Source: a virus
Taxonomy: Duplodnaviria > Caudoviricetes
Virus record (IMG/VR): IMGVR_UViG_3300049143_000042
Span: 1 to 47,122 of that record
Direction: 5' to 3' (one strand)
Length of the DNA stretch: 47,122 nucleotides
In this document: positions 45,404 through 47,122 of the stretch, piece after piece
How the letters are laid out: every line of letters starts with the position of its first letter
How positions within the stretch are numbered: position 1 is the first letter of the stretch
Position numbers and translations under genes: made by a program
Notes under the pieces: model-generated
Databases searched by the model: none
What the model was told of the DNA's origin: nothing
What the model saw: the letters and a program-made list of their open reading frames with translations, nothing else

Positions 45404-45483
45404 GCGGGTCTCCTCTCGGGGTGCGGTGCTGGCCGGTTCTCCTTGCCGCCCGGCCGGTGGGGCCGGGCGACGCGGGCAGCCGG

Positions 45484-45657
45484 TCAGGGGCGGTTGCAGT
45501 TGCCTTTCTCGCAGCGGGTGCAGTCGTGGTCGAGGCGGGCGCGGAGGGGGTCGAGGACGGTGGCGGCGATCTGGTCGCCGGTCTTGCCGGCGGTCTTGTA
45601 GAGGGCGGCGGCGGTGTTGTCGAGGGCTTCGGCGGCCTTGCGGCTGAAGCGGCCCAT
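45484..45657 (-). CDS. Small protein with C-terminal Cys cluster (57 aa)
   Basis: Manual translation MGRFSRKAAEALDNTAAALYKTAGKTGDQIAATVLDPLRARLDHDCTRCEKGNCNRP; GAGGAA RBS. Confidence 0.65.
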   Translation of the reverse strand: MGRFSRKAAEALDNTAAALYKTAGKTGDQIAATVLDPLRARLDHDCTRCEKGNCNRP

Positions 45658-45738
45658 CACGGGTTCCTCTCGGTGGGGGGTGCTGCCGCGCGGGACGGGG
45701 GGATGGTGTGCCGCGCGGCAGCGGCTTGTGGGTGAGGG

Positions 45739-45912
45739 TCAGTCCTCGGTGTCGTCTTCGTCGGCGTCGCGGCAGGCGTCGTTGCAGTACGGGTGGCCGC
45801 CGGGGGCGCCGCAGAGGAGGCACTCGTTGTCCACGGGATCCTCAGCCTTGGGGGTGGGGCGCGGCGGCCTCGGCGGGAGCGGGTCCTTCACGCGCTCGTG
45901 CTCGGCGCTCAT
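45739..45912 (-). CDS. Small Zn-finger-like protein (57 aa)
   Basis: ATGA overlap; CLLCG...YCNDAC. Confidence 0.6.
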   Translation of the reverse strand: MSAEHERVKDPLPPRPPRPTPKAEDPVDNECLLCGAPGGHPYCNDACRDADEDDTED

Positions 45913-46262
45913 TGGACGGCGGCCGGGCGGGGAAGCGCGCGGCAGCGCGTGGCGTGCTCGTTGGCCTCGTCGCGGGACTTCTCCGGCGCGTACTCGTCGA
46001 AGTGGTTGTCGCCCAAGCCGTACCGGCCGCCGCCTCCAATGGCGTTGCAGCCGAGGCACCGCCAGTTGAAGCCGTTGGAGACGCGGGTCTGTCCGTTGCC
46101 GAGCAGGAAGCCGGGGCTCCCGTATTGGTAGTTGACGGTGCGGGTCTGGCGACGGAGTTCGACGGTGGCTCCGCCTTGGGTGAGGAACTGCATCACCACG
46201 CTGGTGGCGGCCTGCGCGCCGGGGCTGTCCTGTTGTTGCGGCTGGCCGTTACGATCGGTCAC
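45909..46262 (-). CDS. First gene of the transfer operon, hypothetical (117 aa)
   Basis: AGGAG RBS; FLTQGGATVEL...WRCLGC...ANEHATRCRALP. Confidence 0.72.
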   Translation of the reverse strand: MTDRNGQPQQQDSPGAQAATSVVMQFLTQGGATVELRRQTRTVNYQYGSPGFLLGNGQTRVSNGFNWRCLGCNAIGGGGRYGLGDNHFDEYAPEKSRDEANEHATRCRALPRPAAVQ

Positions 46263-46348
46263 GGTCTCTCCTGGTCACGTCAGGGGATGGCCGGCCCCCA
46301 GTCGGTGTGTGGTAGCCCGACCGGGGGCCGTTCTGTTGGTGCTGTTTC

Positions 46349-46393
46349 AGAGTGACCAACTTCTAGACAGATGTCAAGAAGTTGAGAGAGGAT
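46349..46393. promoter_or_regulatory. Divergent promoters overlapped by a 28-bp palindromic operator
   Basis: CAACTTCTAGACA-GA-TGTCAAGAAGTTG (46357-46384, one mismatch); minus strand TTGACA-17 bp-CACTCT. Confidence 0.75.
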
Positions 46394-46399
46394 GGTCCC

Positions 46400-46951
46400 G
46401 TGCCCAAGAACCCCGAGCGCGAGGGGAGTCCGCGATTGATCACCATCACCGAGATCGCGGCGGAGTACGGCGTCAGCCGGGCGACCGTGCACAACTACCG
46501 GCGCGCCGGCACCTTCCCTCGGCCCGCTCCGGTGGAAGGCACGGAGAAGACCAAGCTCCGCTTCCGCGCTGACGAGGTCGCCGCCTGGTTCGCGGCGAAC
46601 CCGAAGCAGCAGGGCAAGCGGACAGACCTCGCCACGAAGAGACCGCAAGGAGAGCCCGTGACCAGCACGACGACCGATCCCCGGACTGCGATCTTGTCCG
46701 CCCTGAACGACCCGCCGTACAACGAGACGGCGGAGAAGCGCTGCGCCCCGTGGGACAAGGCGGAGGAACTGCTCGACGCTTACCGGGGGACCGTCGTCAA
46801 CGAGGTGGTGGAGGCGCTCCGGGCGAAGGCCGGCGAGCTGTCGACGCTGGCCGACGAGGAGATGCGCAGCGACCTGGAGGAGAAGGCGCAAATCTGGCAC
46901 GAGGCGGCCGAGGTCGCGCGGAAGCTGAAGCGCCAGAAGACGGAGGAATGA
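46400..46951 (+). CDS. AlpA/MerR-like HTH regulator with a fused C-terminal helical domain; probable repressor of the transfer operon
   Basis: LITITEIAAEYGVSRATVHNYRRAGTFPRP...FRADEVAAW. Confidence 0.8.
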   Translation: MPKNPEREGSPRLITITEIAAEYGVSRATVHNYRRAGTFPRPAPVEGTEKTKLRFRADEVAAWFAANPKQQGKRTDLATKRPQGEPVTSTTTDPRTAILSALNDPPYNETAEKRCAPWDKAEELLDAYRGTVVNEVVEALRAKAGELSTLADEEMRSDLEEKAQIWHEAAEVARKLKRQKTEE

Positions 46952-46967
46952 CCCCCGGACACTGCTG

Positions 46968-47000
46968 CGCCCCCGGCCGTCGTGACCCGGTCCGGGGGCG
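46968..47000. terminator. Hairpin after the regulator
   Basis: CGCCCCCGG...CCGGGGGCG. Confidence 0.55.
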
Positions 47001-47122
47001 TTGTGCTGTAGCAGGCCGGGTCGTCGGCAGCAGCATTGCGGCGGCCCGGCCCTCCCATCATGCGGACGGCGTCAAGCAGGGGTCCGCGTCGACAGGCGGT
47101 ACTCGCCGGCCGGGGCCTGGGG

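Larger units (their letters stand above)
1..47122. mobile_element. Temperate actinophage (siphovirus-like) genome segment carrying a TraB/Spd-like transfer module
   Basis: Terminase-portal-protease-capsid-tail-lysis module, integrase, CI/Cro-like switch and early genes in canonical phage order; no host housekeeping genes seen. Confidence 0.93.

Noticed and set aside
47041-47122. Window as a complete circle joining base 47122 to base 1
   Set aside because: No terminal overlap is visible, and joining would end the initiator about 20 codons later without a plausible C-terminal domain; sequence is probably missing.

Overview
High-GC, Streptomyces-type temperate siphophage (host inferred from GC content and gene families); the whole window looks like phage, with no recognisable host chromosomal genes. 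Most genes run on the minus strand. Right to left: a plasmid/AICE-like transfer module, accessory genes, terminase, portal, ClpP protease, HK97-type capsid, tail genes with a -1 frameshift chaperone, tape measure, lysis genes, an accessory island, a candidate attP, tyrosine integrase, a CI/Cro-like switch, early recombination genes, a C5 methyltransferase, WhiB/His-Me genes and a replication initiator cut by the window edge. The integrase/att region lies inside continuous phage DNA, which suggests the excised (attP) configuration. The most striking feature is a Streptomyces conjugation-type module at 41.6-47.0 kb: a TraB-like FtsK/SpoIIIE translocase with a C-terminal wHTH, Spd-like membrane proteins and a divergent HTH regulator with a palindromic operator. 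A polar array of 17 GTTCG repeats in all three reading frames lies inside the spdB-like gene and resembles a clt (cis-acting locus of transfer). This suggests a virion-forming phage that might also move its DNA from hypha to hypha. A second candidate system is an XRE-HTH/TPR-like regulator coupled to an atypical HFCD flavoprotein. All calls come from reading motifs by eye; no database searches were run.
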